Positions 1 to 12,606 of a stretch of DNA of 59,475 bases are shown in pieces; position 1 is the first letter of the stretch; the number at the start of each line of letters is the position of its first letter. A program made the translations under genes and the position numbers. This DNA comes from Chara braunii. Taxonomy: Eukaryota; Plantae; Charophyceae. The notes beneath the pieces were generated by a model, which was not told the DNA's origin, ran no database searches, and worked only from the letters and a program-made list of their open reading frames with translations. The stretch covers positions 2,294,458 through 2,353,932 of the forward strand of contig BFEA01000040.1 in the NCBI GenBank assembly GCA_003427395.1, in the 5' to 3' direction.

Positions 1-148
1 AGGGGCCGTTAGGGCTTGATGTACAGGTCATCATGTGCAGGTCATCATGTCGACCGCCATTTTGATGTTATTGCTGCGTGCAGGCCCCCTTTTTTTGTCT
101 GTCTTTCTTCGTATTAATTTTGTCTGTTATTGCTGCGTGCAGGTCATC

Positions 149-2342
149 ATGTCGAGCCGCAAGTATGAAGCCAGCCTTGTCAAGCGCCATTTTGATGTCC
201 TTGGCCCCGCGGGCAAGGATCCTTCGAAGGGGGGAAAGTGGTGGGTCTGCCATTACTGCGATCTAAAATTTTCGGGCAATCTCAATCGCCTGAAGGAACA
301 TTTCACAAAGGGGATTTGTGCAGTTGAGAAATCAACGAAAACATTGACCGCAGAGGAAATCTTGAGAAGGAAGGAAGGATTGCGGCAGGCAAGGACAGAC
401 TCGGGCATGGCAAGGGACAGTGCCAATACTCTACCTGTTCTCACCAATTTGGTGGCTGCTTCTACGGGCGGGGGTTTGGTCGAAAAGGTGGGTGACGCCT
501 GTGGCGAAGCAGCGGGCGTCGCTTGTGGCGAAGAGGTGGGTTGCAGCGGGCCAGGTATCACGGTGCAGCGCCCAGCTGCATCTGCTGCACCTGCTGCACG
601 GATGCGACAGATGTTGTTGGAGGAGACCGACAGCGTCGTCACAAAGAATGAGCAGCCGTCAAGAAGGGTAGACCGCTGGATGACGTGCACGAACCAACCA
701 TTCAACATGGTTGAGAACGAGTTCTTCAACGACACGGTGGACGCCATACGAGAGGCCCACCCGTCATGGAGACTGCACTCGAGAGAGGCGGCGTGCAATG
801 GTCGATTAAACGGACAGCACCAGAGGGCGATCGAGGACGTTGGGAGATTGGCGAAGAAGTGGGATCCCACCGACTGTATGGTGCAAGTAGATGGGTGGTC
901 TGACCGGCGGGGAAGACCACACGTAAACGTCATGGTGTCCTCTCCCATCGGCACCGTCTTTTGGAAGTCGGTGTGCGTAGCGTGAAAGGACGAAGACGCC
1001 TGTGCATACTGCGATTGAGGAGATTGGCCCAAGAAGCGTGGTCGGGGTGATCATGGATAATGCCCGGGTTTGTGTGAAGGCCGAGAAGTTGGTGGAGAAA
1101 AAATACCCGTGGATATTCCGGGTGGGGTGCACGGCGCATGCCCTTGACCTCGCGTTGGAGGACATGGACAAGCGCATTCCGTGGTTTGCGGAGACTGTGA
1201 AGAGGGGGAATGTGTTGGGGAAGTTCGTGATGAACCACGACAAGGTTCGAGCACTCTTCCTGACCAAATCGGGTGGTGGCGAGATTAAGAGGCCAGGCGA
1301 CACTCGATTCGTGACCAACATCATCATGTTGCAGTCGCTGTGGGACAGGGGAAATATCCTGAAATTGACTGTGGCTGCCAGCGGGTGGGTCTCCTCCCTG
1401 GTGCCGCCCCACCTGCGTTCTCAATTCGAGGAGGTGACGGCGACTATCTTGGATGGCGGCTTTTGGGAGCGGGTGGACAAGGCCTTGAGGACCACGGAGC
1501 CCATCGTCAAGCTACTGAAGCTCGTCGATGGTCCGGGCGCAACAATCACCAAGGTTTATCATCGAATGGATGGTGTGGTGGAGTCGATTCGCAAGCTGGA
1601 CATCTTGGCAGACTTCGAGAAGGCAGAGGTCGAGTCGATCCTCATGGATCGATGGGCGTTCATGACTTCAGAGCTGCATTGTGCAGCAGCCTTCTTGGAC
1701 CCGGAGTACAGATCGCAGAGCTCCTTCAAAGACACTGAGATCCGAGCCGGGTTCAACATATGGTTGTATACCTGGTGCTCAAACGAGATGTTCGATGATG
1801 TGAGCTGGCAGGTTGACGAGTGGGTGCACTTGAAGGGGGCCTTGCAATCAGAGGAAGCTTTGCGCGCAGCACGCACCAAGACCCCGGCGATGTGGTGGGA
1901 TGCGTTTGCATCGCGACTGCATCTTTTGCAGCCCCAAGCGATCAGACTATTGGGCCAGGCAAGCTCATCCGCGGCATGCGAACGCAACTGGAGTCTGCAT
2001 GAGCTCATTTTTGGCAGGAGGAGGACGAGGATTCTGCCCACCCGCCAATCAAAGCTCGTCTACAACAATTGGAACCTCCACCTGCAGTGGAGGCAAGAGC
2101 GCGGCCGTGGTGTGGATGATGTCCACATTCCGTGGGTGGAGGAAATGCCGGACGCCGAGTTGAAGGAGGACGCAGAGCAGTTCTACAATGATTGGGTGAA
2201 ACGGGTGAAGAACAGCATGCCGAGTGGCGAGAAGGAAGAGGAAGGCGAGGAGGAAGAGGAAGGCGAGGAGGAAGAGGAAGGCGAGGAGGAAGAGGAAGAG
2301 GAAGAGGGTGAGACTTCTGCACGGGGAGGTGCAGAGGATTAG
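149..2342 (+). pseudogene. hAT-superfamily transposase (BED finger, DDE, C-terminal dimerization region), disrupted
   Basis: BED-like WWVCHYCDLKFSGNLNRLKEHF; catalytic-type motifs VDGW, MDNA, CTAH and SAACERNWS...LVYNNWNL. In-frame TGA at 983-985 and a frame change near 1010 split it into ORFs 35..985 and 1002..2342. Likely ATG at 149, after a splice-acceptor-like TGCAG. Confidence 0.9.
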
Positions 2343-2740
2343 GAAATTTAGGCGGAGTTGATGCCGCTGACTGCAAAGTTTGCGGTTTCGCAGTTTATCT
2401 TTCGCTGTTTGGTTGCACTTGGAACGAAGTAAGAACTGTGAACTACAACTTCTAGCAGTTGTAGTTCATCTTCTCATTATCAGTTAAGTAACTTAAGTAA
2501 GTCTTTAAGTTAGCATTTTGTCCATTCTTCCCGTGTTGCAATGTGCGTGTGTGGTTTTCTGTCATTTGCCCATTTGCAGTGTTCTGTTTTGCTAGCTATG
2601 CAGTATTTCTGTGTCTGCATCAGATAACAAGGAATAACAACTTAACAGGTGAGTCCCCTGCCACACTGCCTTCCCCGCCAATGCATTTGCTACAGTCCCC
2701 TTCCCTGCATAACCTTGAAAAAAAAAAAAAAAAAAAAAAG

Positions 2741-2929
2741 GGTCCCTACCAACCCGGACGGTCTGGGAAACGCACCGCTTCAATCCCGGACCAAACCGTA
2801 CCGGACGGAAGAGTCCGAGACCGCACCCCATCCGGTCCGGTCCGGGTCCGTCTGGTCCGGGGGGAGGGTGCCGAACGCGGACAAGCAGACCGGACCAGAC
2901 GCTCGTCTGCGAGGGTGAACAAGTAACTG
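2741..2929 (+). mobile_element. Probable right end of the hAT element (subterminal repeats and TIR)
   Basis: Dense CCGGAC/GTCCGG motifs ending in GGGTGAACAAGTAACTG, whose reverse complement starts CAG as many hAT TIRs do. The left end lies outside the window, so TIR and TSD cannot be confirmed. Confidence 0.55.
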
Positions 2930-3382
2930 GTATTGGGATACATTCATCACCATGTATCTCATGATGCCTCGAGCAGGCCATCGGACAGACGCGGAAGAGT
3001 TCCTGTCAGATCCACCCCAACATCCGAATTTCACATTTTAAGTTCTATTTCTCAGAGCCAAAAAAAAAAAAAAAAAACGGAGTCTGGAAATCAACCCCCC
3101 CCTTTTAAATCCATAAAATCCAAACTTCCCGCCCACGCAAAGCCACGAGCTATCATGTCCAAATTTTTTTTTGTTTTGTTTTGTTTTTCAACGCATCTCA
3201 TTGCAGGGGAGGTGGGCATCTTTACAGTCCCCGCAAGGAAACTACCAGGTCGTCGAGATCGTCAAGATCCAATGTGTTCGACGGCCATACTGCGTCACTC
3301 GAGGCCACACGTGATCGAAATCCTAAACGGAGTGGTAGAATACTTCGCTAATGGGTCCTCGGGTCTAGACCCACCAGCGAGG

Positions 3383-3874
3383 TTTTTTTTTTTTTTTTTT
3401 CTTTGCTCAAATTCTTTTTTGCCTTTCACTGTCATCCTACCACTACTCCTAAGATAATATATAGAGGGGGGACCCCTGCAAGCATAGGGCCTCGCAAACG
3501 AGGTAAATCATGTTGCCCCCTGCCCCAACAGCGGTAGTCAGAGATGGAGTGGGGCCGCCCGTGGGGGATCGGCTAACGAAAAGACCGAGCATTTTGCCAG
3601 TAGCTGCACCTCCCTTTCTGATTGTCCCCCACCCCTCATCAAGTAGTGGCAGAGGCTATGGCCAACACTCTCCCACACACCACACACAACCCACTCACGC
3701 TCGCACTCACACCCGTGTTGGTCATAGACGCCGCTAATACCGATCAGGGGTATCCAGAGGACTATCACAGTCCGTTGGCACTAAGTGTGTCACAGTCAGT
3801 CGCTCATGGGGCTTGAACCCACAACCTCCTGAATGCCACTTTGAGTGCCTAACCAACTGAGCTACGCCGCTGGA
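3383..3874 (-). mobile_element. tRNA-derived SINE, family 1, full length with poly(A)
   Basis: Minus strand starts TCCAGCGGCGTAGCTCAGTTGG (A box)...GGTTCAAGCC (B box). Body matches 19521-20287. Tail CTATGCTTGCAGGGGTCCC...TAGGAGTAGTGGTAGG ends in poly(A) (T-run 3383-3400). Confidence 0.8.
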
Positions 3875-3909
3875 TCCAGCCAAGTATTTTTATTCGGAAG
3901 TGAATGAAA

Positions 3910-4027
3910 AACATGAATTACCTCGTTTGCGAGGCCCTATGCTTGCAGGGGTCCCCTCTCTATATAGTCTTAGGTATGTAGGTAGTGTGAGGTGAATTTG
4001 AGAGAAGAATATAGCTTTAAAAAAAAA
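3910..4027 (+). mobile_element. 5'-truncated SINE family 1 tail, head-to-head with the previous copy
   Basis: Near-perfect inverted match to 3458-3514, continuing to an A-run at 4018-4027. Further tails at about 18530-18662 (+) and 28001-28131 (-). Confidence 0.7.
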
Positions 4028-7000
4028 TTAATAATAATAATAATAATTTCCGTTTCTTTTTTTTTATTGGTTTAGTTTTTTGTTTTTTTTTCCACATGAA
4101 ATTTTATTTCGAACAAGCCCGGTGCCCAAGGCTTACATCAACATAGCAGAGGATAAGATGAAAATATAAGGGACGCCCGGCCCGGTTCCCCGCTGCTTTT
4201 GGGAAAAAAGAAAAAAAAACAGAGGGCAGCTGGCCTCGGGTGCACTCCCCATCCCCAGCCATCCCTCTGTAGAAAACCAGAAAGCAAAAACACTTCTCCA
4301 TACACTAATTCCTAATACTACCTAAATGGCCTAAAAACTCAAAGAGACGGGACAAAAACACCGAAAATCATGACACGGAAAGCCTATGGCGAACACAACC
4401 ACCAAGCCCCGCAGCTAAAACCTAAAACAGAGGAAAACCGGTAGAAAGCCACAAAACAAAAACGCTACTCAACCATCGAATTCCTAATAACACTTAGATG
4501 CTATCGAAATCTTTTCCACTTAGATACTATCGAAACCTTTTCCAAAACCATCATCCCCAAAACACTTGAAAAAACGTGGACAACCTACCGACTAAAAAGA
4601 AACCAACAAGCCAAGATTGGCCAAGAAACCCAAACCTACCATACCACCAACAAGCCGATTCTAAAACTAAAAAAACAACTCAATCTCAAAGACCAATCGT
4701 GGACAATCAAGAAACCCAAACCTACCGTACCACCCACAAAGACATCGGGCCAGCATCTCGCACGTAATTAGCTCCGTTTGCTCTGTATCACCGAATAACT
4801 CCGACTCCAACACTGCTAGGGCACAGGAAAACTCGGTTTGCCAAAAGTACCAATACTTGCCAGAACTACCAATACTTGTCAGAACTACCAATACTTGCCA
4901 AAACTACCAAATACTCACCAGTCAATGTCAACGACCAGTGATAAACGCTCAGGAAAATAGCACAGGCCCACTCTCTTTCAAAATAGGGAACAAGCCCGCA
5001 CAGACCAGGCCCACTGTCTTTCAAAGAAGGGAACAAGCCTGCCCTTCACGCCAAAACCACTTCCACTCCCAGGTAACAAGTGAGCAAACAGCTGCCCACT
5101 CCCTTTCAAATAGAAAGCAGGCAACCACTCCCTTTACAACAACGCTTCAAATATCAAGAAGCGGAGAGGAAAGTGAGGTCGTCAGACAACGAAACCACTT
5201 CCGCAGCATAAGCAGTCATACTCGCCCCAAAAAGCAGTTCTCCACAAGGGAAGCTGTCCTGAAACGCTAGCGAATTCGCGACGTACAAAGCACGCTCCAT
5301 GTATAGTCTTCGAATCTCCGGCCAGATGCACCATCGGTGCCCTGGTCACAGCTCCATATAGCGTATCGCAGGCAGCGAAGAAAACCGTGCAGCACCGCGA
5401 CGCCCAGCACCCACTCCCAACATAGCTGCGGCAGACTCCCCACCCGCCATGCTGGCCAAGCTCTGCTCCCGCGTGCGAACGAAAGCAGCCGCCGTGGGCC
5501 GCCAGGGACAGCCGGGCATGGCGACCTCAGCTTCGGGCAACGCCCAAGCCCCTGGCGCTGGCAGCTTCGGGCGATAGCGCTAGGCCGCTTGGCCAAGCGC
5601 CGCCGCAGCCCCCCTGTCTTATTGGTTTAGTTTATGGTAACTGTCCCCCCGGTACTGCGAACTGGAGGCCGCGTCAGACGGGATCTTTGGGTGCCGATCT
5701 GTGTCAGATTTTGCGGGTGGAAGGCATTGAATCCTATGGGCTCTCTCCACCCCTTTTAAAATTTGTGTTTCCAAACAAAAGTGAATGTTCCGCGTGAACA
5801 CGGAAAGATGCACCAACACGATTTTACACTTTTGTGCACTGATACCACGCTGGGCGTGGGAACGCAGCCAGGACGGCGGCCCACAGAAAACCAAAAAACG
5901 AAAACGCCGACTTTTTTTACTTTTTTTTCCCCCTTATAGCCTCAGGTGAAGACGAAACGAGACGTGCATGCATCTGACCGCAACTCCGTCCCGCCCCACC
6001 GCTGCAGGCAAAACGACACCTACAGACCTTGCTCTGGCACCACAGCTGACGTAATATAGCACTTACCAGAGGGCCTTCCTCGTCAGAAGCAGCGTCACGA
6101 CTGTAAGATCAATACCAACCAATACACTGTGCGAACGACTCAGGGGCAGAGTCCATTGCTGCTATGTTTGTGCCTGAAAAGAATGAATTCGGCGGCAATG
6201 GTGACCAGATTCGTGATTTCTCAGTACAAGGTAACATACCACTTACCGGTGGGCCTTCTTCTTCTTCCTCTTCAGAAGCAGAGTCACGACTGTGAGATCA
6301 ATCCTGCTGCACCGCGTATCAGCTGGCGCTGGGCGGACCTGGTTGAAAAACAATGTGGACCAAATATTTGCACCCAAGTGGTCCCCCAGCTGAGAACCAA
6401 ACCTATCTGGTACGGTCCAAGCCTAGCTGGTCTGGTTCCTACCAGGCCTTAACCACANNNNNNNNNNNNNNNNNNNNNNNNNNNNNNNNNNNNNNNNNNN
6501 NNNNNNNNNNNNNNNNNNNNNNNNNNNNNNNNNNNNNNNNNNNNNNNNNNNNCTGGTTAGTCTCTTATGAATACTTGCTACACAGGTTGCTCTTGAGCTG
6601 CAAACAGATCGAGATTAGACTTGGTCTGAAGCCTGAAGTGTCAAGTGTGAATCCAGTTGGTGTGGTCTTTACCCTGGTGGACCAGGTTGGCTTGGAGCGA
6701 TACGCCCGACAGATCACAGGTTCGACCTTCGACACGAGAAGCCTTGGGCACGAGAACTCAACCAGCCTCCACACTATCGCCAACCCACCATGCCTATTCC
6801 CACATCACCCGCGCGATTTCGAAACCTCCCTTCAGCCGCCCTGTTCTCGCCCCCGCGCATTCTCGCTCTCCACTCTCCAATCTCCAAAGACCCTCGCTCT
6901 CACGACCTGCAATACAAATACTACCAGGCTGCACAGCCGACCGCATTGCATCGACGACCTGGCGATCCTGACTGACCGCAATGCCGGGACGAACCCAATA

Positions 7001-7164
7001 GCTGCGAACTAAACTAAATTGTGGACATGATTGCAGTCAGATACATTTAGACATTTAGTAGAGTAGAGGAAGGCCCAGAAAAAGGCCAAACAAAGGGGCA
7101 ACACTGCATCTTTCCATGTTCTGAAGAAGGATTCAGTCTCATTTGCACGGTCGGCGAGTAAAAG

Positions 7165-7520
7165 AACAGAAACGAAACCTACATGCATCTAACCGCAACT
7201 CTGTCCACCCCCAGACATTCCAAAAAAAAAAGTAAAAAAACAGAAATGAAACCTACATGCATCTAACCGCAACTCGGTCCACCCCCAGACATCTAGCCTC
7301 AACTCAAAACAAAAAGTGAAAAAACAGAAACGAAACCTACATGCATCTAACCGCAACTCTGTCNGCAACTCGGTCCACCCCCAGACATCTAGCCTCAACT
7401 CAAAACAAAAAGTGAAAAAACAGAAACGAAACCTACATGCATCTAACCGCAACTCTGTCCACTTTCCCCCCCCCCCAAAAAAAAAAACTCTGTCCCACTC
7501 CCAGACATACAAAAAGAAGT
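7165..7520. repeat. Tandem ~75-95 bp repeat (AACAGAAACGAAACCTACATGCATCTAACCGCAACTC...)
   Basis: About four units directly upstream of U2. One junction is a single N (7364), so copy number may be inflated. Confidence 0.7.
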
Positions 7521-7528
7521 AAAAAAAA

Positions 7529-7693
7529 ATACCTTTCTCGGCCTTTTGGCTAAGATCAAGTGTAGTATCTGTTCTGATCAGTTTAATATCTGATCCGTGG
7601 TCCATCGGACCACACAATATGAAATTATTTTTTCTGGGCTACGGAGGGGTCGCACGAGTAAGCTTGCTTGCTCGACCCTTCCCGCGTTGCCTC
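7529..7693 (+). ncRNA. U2: U2 snRNA gene or pseudogene, 3' end interrupted
   Basis: ATACCTTTCTCGGCCTTTTGGCTAAGATCAAGTGTAGTATCTGTTC is the plant U2 5' end with the GTAGTA branch-recognition sequence. It is followed by SL II, an Sm-like ATTTTTT and an SL III-like hairpin. Confidence 0.85.
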
Positions 7694-8156
7694 TGTATCG
7701 TGCAGAGTCCTGCAACTAGGACTGAAAAATAGGTGTAAGTGGGTATAGGGCGTCGACCGGTAATCGGACCGTTCGTTACATTGGGAGATCGACGGGGACC
7801 GTTCGTTACATTGGGAGATCGACGGAGGCCATGCTACTCTCGAACCGTGAAAAATGAGACTGACTGAATCCTTCTTTAGAACATGGGAAGATGCAGTGTT
7901 CAGTCGCATCCGTTTTTTTTTTGTACTTTTTTTTTTTTTACTATACAATGAATAGAATAAAGTAATTATCTATAATATAGTTCTATAATATAGTAATTTA
8001 TTTATTCTATCTATATTTGATTATTCTTATATTGTATTATGTTAGCATGGCCTCCGTCGATCTCCCAATGTAACGAACGGTCGGATAACCGGTCCACGCC
8101 CTATACCCACTTACACCTATTTTTTAGTCCTAGTTGCACGACTCTGCACGACAACA
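7694..8156. mobile_element. Foldback/MITE with ~110-140 bp TIRs
   Basis: 7694-7835 is the inverted repeat of 8043-8156 around an AT-rich core. No clear TSD. Confidence 0.75.
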
Positions 8157-8408
8157 CATCCGCCAACATTGTGAATGCAGCTGGACAACGTAGCTGCCTC
8201 GGTGCACTCGTCCCCACCGGACCCTAAAGCTAGGTTGTATACATCCTGGCTGCGAAAACGCATCCATCTATAGGCAGCCATCCTGGCTGTGAATGTGGCG
8301 ATCAGTGGAACGAGGCCCTACGCACCGAAAGGGCGGCGTAAACAGCAAGGCCTCGAAGTATCCAAAACGCGCCCCCCCTTCGATCAGTGGAACGAGGCCC
8401 TACGTACG

Positions 8409-8508
8409 GTCTGTCCTTCGGCACATCGTTAAAATTGGAACGATAAGATACTTAAAAAAAATTGGAACGATACAGAGAAAGAAGATTAGCATGGCCGCCG
8501 CGCAAGGA
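8409..8508 (+). pseudogene. U6: U6 snRNA retrocopy A (3'-truncated, poly(A) tail)
   Basis: GTCCTTCGGCACATCGTTAAAATTGGAACGATA...ACAGAGAAAGAAGATTAGCATGGCC...GCAAGGA followed by an A-run. Internal duplication of AAAATTGGAACGATA. Confidence 0.85.
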
Positions 8509-8853
8509 AAAAAAAAAAAAAAAAAAAAANNNNNNNNNNNNNNNNNNNNNNNNNNNNNNNNNNNNNNNNNNNNNNNNNNNNNNNNNNNNNNNNNNNNNNN
8601 NNNNNNNNNNNNNNNNNNNNNNNNNNNNNNNNNNNNNNNNNNNNNNNNNNNNNNNNNNNNNNNNNNNNNNNNNNNNNNNNNNNNNNNNNNNNNNNNNNNN
8701 NNNNNNNNNNNNNNNNNNNNNNNNNNNNNNNNNNNNNNNNNNNNNNNNNNNNNNNNNNNNNNNNNNNNNNNNNNNNNNNNNNNNNNNNNNNNNNNNNNNN
8801 NNNNNNNNNNNNNNNNNCCCCCCCCCCCCCCCCCAAAAAGTCTGGAAATCCAC

Positions 8854-9019
8854 GGGCGAGGTCCCACTAGCAAAGAGGATCGGATCGAAGGCCTGAATCT
8901 GGACGTGTTTTACGCAGAGATGCAGAAAAGCAGTTCAATCTCGATTTCCTGCACCTCTCAGCAAACTCGTCCAGATTCGGGCATTCTATCCGATCCTCTT
9001 TGCTAGTGGGACCACGCCC
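8854..9019. mobile_element. PIF/Harbinger-like MITE family M1
   Basis: Near-palindromic ~165 bp, TIR GGGCGAGGTCCCACTAGC. Other copies: 9247-9415, 16551-16725, 17063-17228, 34443-34608, 49461-49614. Left-end-only copies near 25504, 28132 and 51227. TSDs are 3 bp (CTG/CAG/CGG). Confidence 0.8.
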
Positions 9020-9723
9020 CAGACGAACGTGAATGTCAAAGCGAAAGAAAAAAAGAAGTAATTGGCACACAATTTCACGCAGTTCATTGGTTGGTACTTT
9101 ACGTTGGCCAGTACAACAACGTGAGTCAGGCGGGGCCGTCGATGCGAAGTGCGATCTGCGGATCGCCTGTGTCGCCCTCAGTCGCACGTAAAAAAAAAAT
9201 GCGCCACTAGAATTCTTCGCTAGTGGGTCCAGGCCCCTGCTACCGGGGGCCAAGTGCCACTACGGTAGCAGCGTTGAGCGACCTCAACGCCTGAATCTGG
9301 ACGTGTTTGTGGAGACGTGCAGTTCAGGAAACTGAACACCATTTCTGCACATCTCGGCAAAAGAGTCCAGATTCAGGCGTTGAGGTAGCTCAACGCTGCT
9401 AGTGGGACTTGGCCCCGGTAGTGGAACCGTGACCCCGCTCTTTTTTTTGTTTTTTTTTCTGTTCTCTCAATTTCATAGAGTACACCACACGACAAAAAAA
9501 AAAAAAAAAAAACGCGAAGAGAGAACACTATTGTGGTAGAGGAACGAAAACAAGAAACTTAAAAAAAAAAAACAAAAAAAAACAAAAAAAAAACAAAAAA
9601 CGACTGTGTTTGGTTGATGACGTCACCTGAACAACTCGCTACGGAAACGCCGAAGAATACAAAAAAAAAACAAAACGAAAGACTATCTCCGCCGGAGTCA
9701 AATCCATTCGTGGTGACTACGTT

Positions 9724-9950
9724 GCTGACGTGGCAGTCTGCCACGCGGCACCTTTGCAAAACAGCCCTCAGCGGACGCAGCTGCTGACGTGGCATTCCTT
9801 TTCCTTACCTCTTTTCACTCATCATCTATGCATGCTGACGTGGCATTTCGTTTCCTCACCTCTTTTCACTCATTGTTGTCATCTAAGGATGCTGACGTGG
9901 CAATTCTTTCCCTTACCTCTATTCACACATCATGCTGACGTGGCATTCCT
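9724..9950. repeat. Array of five GCTGACGTGGCA-cored units (likely TE subterminal repeats)
   Basis: Motif at 9724, 9783, 9834, 9891 and 9934. Related motifs at 44347-44880. Confidence 0.65.
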
Positions 9951-11518
9951 TTTTCTCTACCCCTCTGCGACGACGACGAGGACCTCCATTTCTTTCTTTT
10001 TTTCCCCCACAAAACACAAGGCTCCACTTTCACCCACCATCTACAACTGCTGTTTTTCTCGACCGCCCCCCCCCATAGAATATACTGTCGTTATGGTTGT
10101 ATCTAGACTCCTGATGAGCAGGGAGGTGAAACTCCGACGAAACAGTTTGTCACAGCCCCCCCCTCGTTTGTTGTCCTCTTCTCCTTCTCCCTCCCTCTCT
10201 GCCCCTACGCTTTACCGTACGCAGCTCTGCTCTGTTTGACGATTGATATGTCGATATGTCTTTGATAAAGAAGGGAATCAAAGATTAAATAGACTTCGCT
10301 GAGGCTCGGTCCACTACACAACGGTCTTCGTGTATCTGGACCATACTGCGAGGCTACGCCCGCTTAGCCCCTACGGGGCCCTATCTGCAACAAGGTCGGC
10401 CGCCCTAAGTGAAGGCAGGCACGACAGGCCCTTCGGGCCTCATTCTTCAGGGTACCCCGCAACGGGGAAATTCAGACAGTTGCATTGCGCCAGTTGGTTG
10501 AATGAATCCAGGCCCTGGGCCGCCTGTGTAAATGAATGTGAAGCAGGCCCTGGGCTGGATACGGGTACCAGGCCAAACACAGACCCAAAGCAGTTGGGCG
10601 CATGCAACCACTTCAGGCCCCAGGCCTGCTCCCTTCGTGACTGGGCCTGTACCTACCGGGGCCTACCGGAAGTTTCCTGGACTGGACGCAGGCAGGCCAC
10701 TTCGATATAGGGAAGGGCCTGCCTCCTCATTCGGCATTCGGGTGCTGGCTGCATGCTGCGTGAGCGCCGCTGCGCAATCCGCTGGCTGGCTGGCACTCNC
10801 GCTCTCACGGGCGAGTAGGAGGGAGCACGCAGCCATAGCCAAGCTGCGCTGCTGTATGCTAGGTGAAGCGCAGGGTGGTCCTTGGGGTGCTAGTGGCATC
10901 TGTGCGGACACTCACAAGAGACATACCTGGTGCTGAAGCGTGCGACATTGGTCGCCATATGCTCGTACTTCGGGAACGCTGTTGATGTCATCATTCTGCT
11001 TCGTAGTATAGGCTAGATAGGATCTGCCACCTGTAGTCTGGGCGCCGAGCGCCAATAGGATATCAACTCTGGTTCGTAGTTGATGATGATGGGACTTCTT
11101 CAGCATTGTCAATTTTGAACTCTTGGTGTGTTCTTATTTGGTGTATCTCGTGATGCCAGTCTGTTGTGGTTCGAGGTCAAGACTATCTGGGCTCATATGT
11201 ATGATGCTGTTTGATTGCTGAAGTTCGCTAATGCTCATCTTCCTTGCAGTACTCTGCCCAAGATACATTCTGATTAATCCAACATGTCGAATGTATCAGC
11301 ACCATTATCAGTTCCGGATACATTTATAACAGTGTGTTATAGAGTGCTGCCCAATGACATGACTATATAAATCATACGCTCGCAATTGAAAAACATTTTT
11401 TCCCAATTAACAACCCTAAAAAAAAAAAAAAAACCGTCCTTTTCTAATAGGAACATGATCGAAAAACAATCAACGGTATAGATTTGACGCAACATTCATT
11501 ACCCCTCACTATTATTAC

Positions 11519-11561
<43 letters not shown>

Positions 11562-11677
11562 TAATAAAACATTATCCACTCGGTATTTAATAAACATTAT
11601 TATTTAAGAAAACATTATCCATTCGAGCCTGGCGTCCAAAAGACACTTTAGCATTTTTATTTTTATTTTTTTGAAAT

Positions 11678-11793
11678 AATTTGGACCATTTCTCGAGATT
11701 TATGCCTGTCATCCTTGCGCAGGGGGGCCATGTGCTAATTTACCCTTCTTCTCTGTATCGTTCCAATTTTAACGGATGTCCCGAAGGACACAC
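11678..11793 (-). pseudogene. U6: U6 snRNA retrocopy B (full length, four small insertions)
   Basis: Minus strand GTGTGTCCTTCGGGACATCCGTTAAAATTGGAACGATACAGAGAAG[AAGGGTAA]ATTAGC[AC]ATGGCC[CC]CCTGCGCAAGGATGACAGGCATAAAT[CT]CGAGAAATGGTCCAAATT, then an A-rich tail. Confidence 0.9.
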
Positions 11794-12569
11794 TTTAAAT
11801 TCTGAGGTCCCCGGCCTCAAGAGTTTTCTCATTTACCATAAATTAATGCTGTTTCTTGTATTAAAAAAAAAAAAAAAAAAAAAAAACTATCAGCAATGAA
11901 TCATTCATAATGTGCCTTTGATAGGGGAAAATGATCAACAGATTTGAAGAAACGTTGATGAAACATTGATGGCACGTTCCATGCACGTTCCATGAATGTT
12001 CCATGAACGTGCCATCAATGTCCCATCACCGGTACACAGATTTGAAGGAACGTTGATGAAACATTCATGGCACGTTCATGGAACATTCATGGAACATTCA
12101 TGGAATGCAAACATTATCCAAACATTATAAATCACATCCAGATGCACCTGTTCCAAAAGACACTCAGCAATTAATGATTCAAAATATAAACCTGACTGGC
12201 TGATATCACAAAAAAAAAAAAAAAAAAAAAAAAAGCCCTCAAGATCGACAATCTACGATAAGTGATCAGCGAATCGAACACGTAGATACACTGAACGAGG
12301 TCAAGAATCGACGGACGGTAAAAGACGTGTCAAGTCAGCATGCCACGTCAGCGATATCCCCACCACTCCATTTGCCTCCTCCGAGTCAACGGAGCCACGG
12401 TCATTCATCAATAAATCCAACCGTCCCAGTGGATGGATTTACCGATGTATATAGTCTTAATTCATTGATAAATTCATTGATTAACTGATTGGTTCCTTCA
12501 TTCAATTTCATTCATTTAATTCATTCACTCATCATGATTGCTTACTTCATCGATTGACCCATTGACAGT

Positions 12570-12570
12570 T

Positions 12571-12606
<36 letters not shown>

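Noticed and set aside
3799-3874. Functional tRNA gene (also 19521-19597)
   Set aside because: A and B boxes are present but the acceptor and anticodon arms do not fold well, and both copies continue into a shared SINE body.
3458-3966. TIR transposon enclosing a tRNA
   Set aside because: Both arms run outward into poly(A) tails and the same sequence ends other SINE copies, so they are two SINE tails.
6061-6300. U1 snRNA 5' ends (ACTTACC)
   Set aside because: No further U1 similarity. More likely minus-strand GGTAAGT donor sites in a duplicated segment.
8850-9960. CRISPR-like array
   Set aside because: The repeats are MITE palindromes and related subterminal units without unique spacers. The context is eukaryotic and no cas genes are present.
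10105-10140. Additional hammerhead (CTGATGAG...GAAAC)
   Set aside because: Stem II is weak, there is no NUH site with a matching stem I, and it lies in a degenerate M2 MITE.
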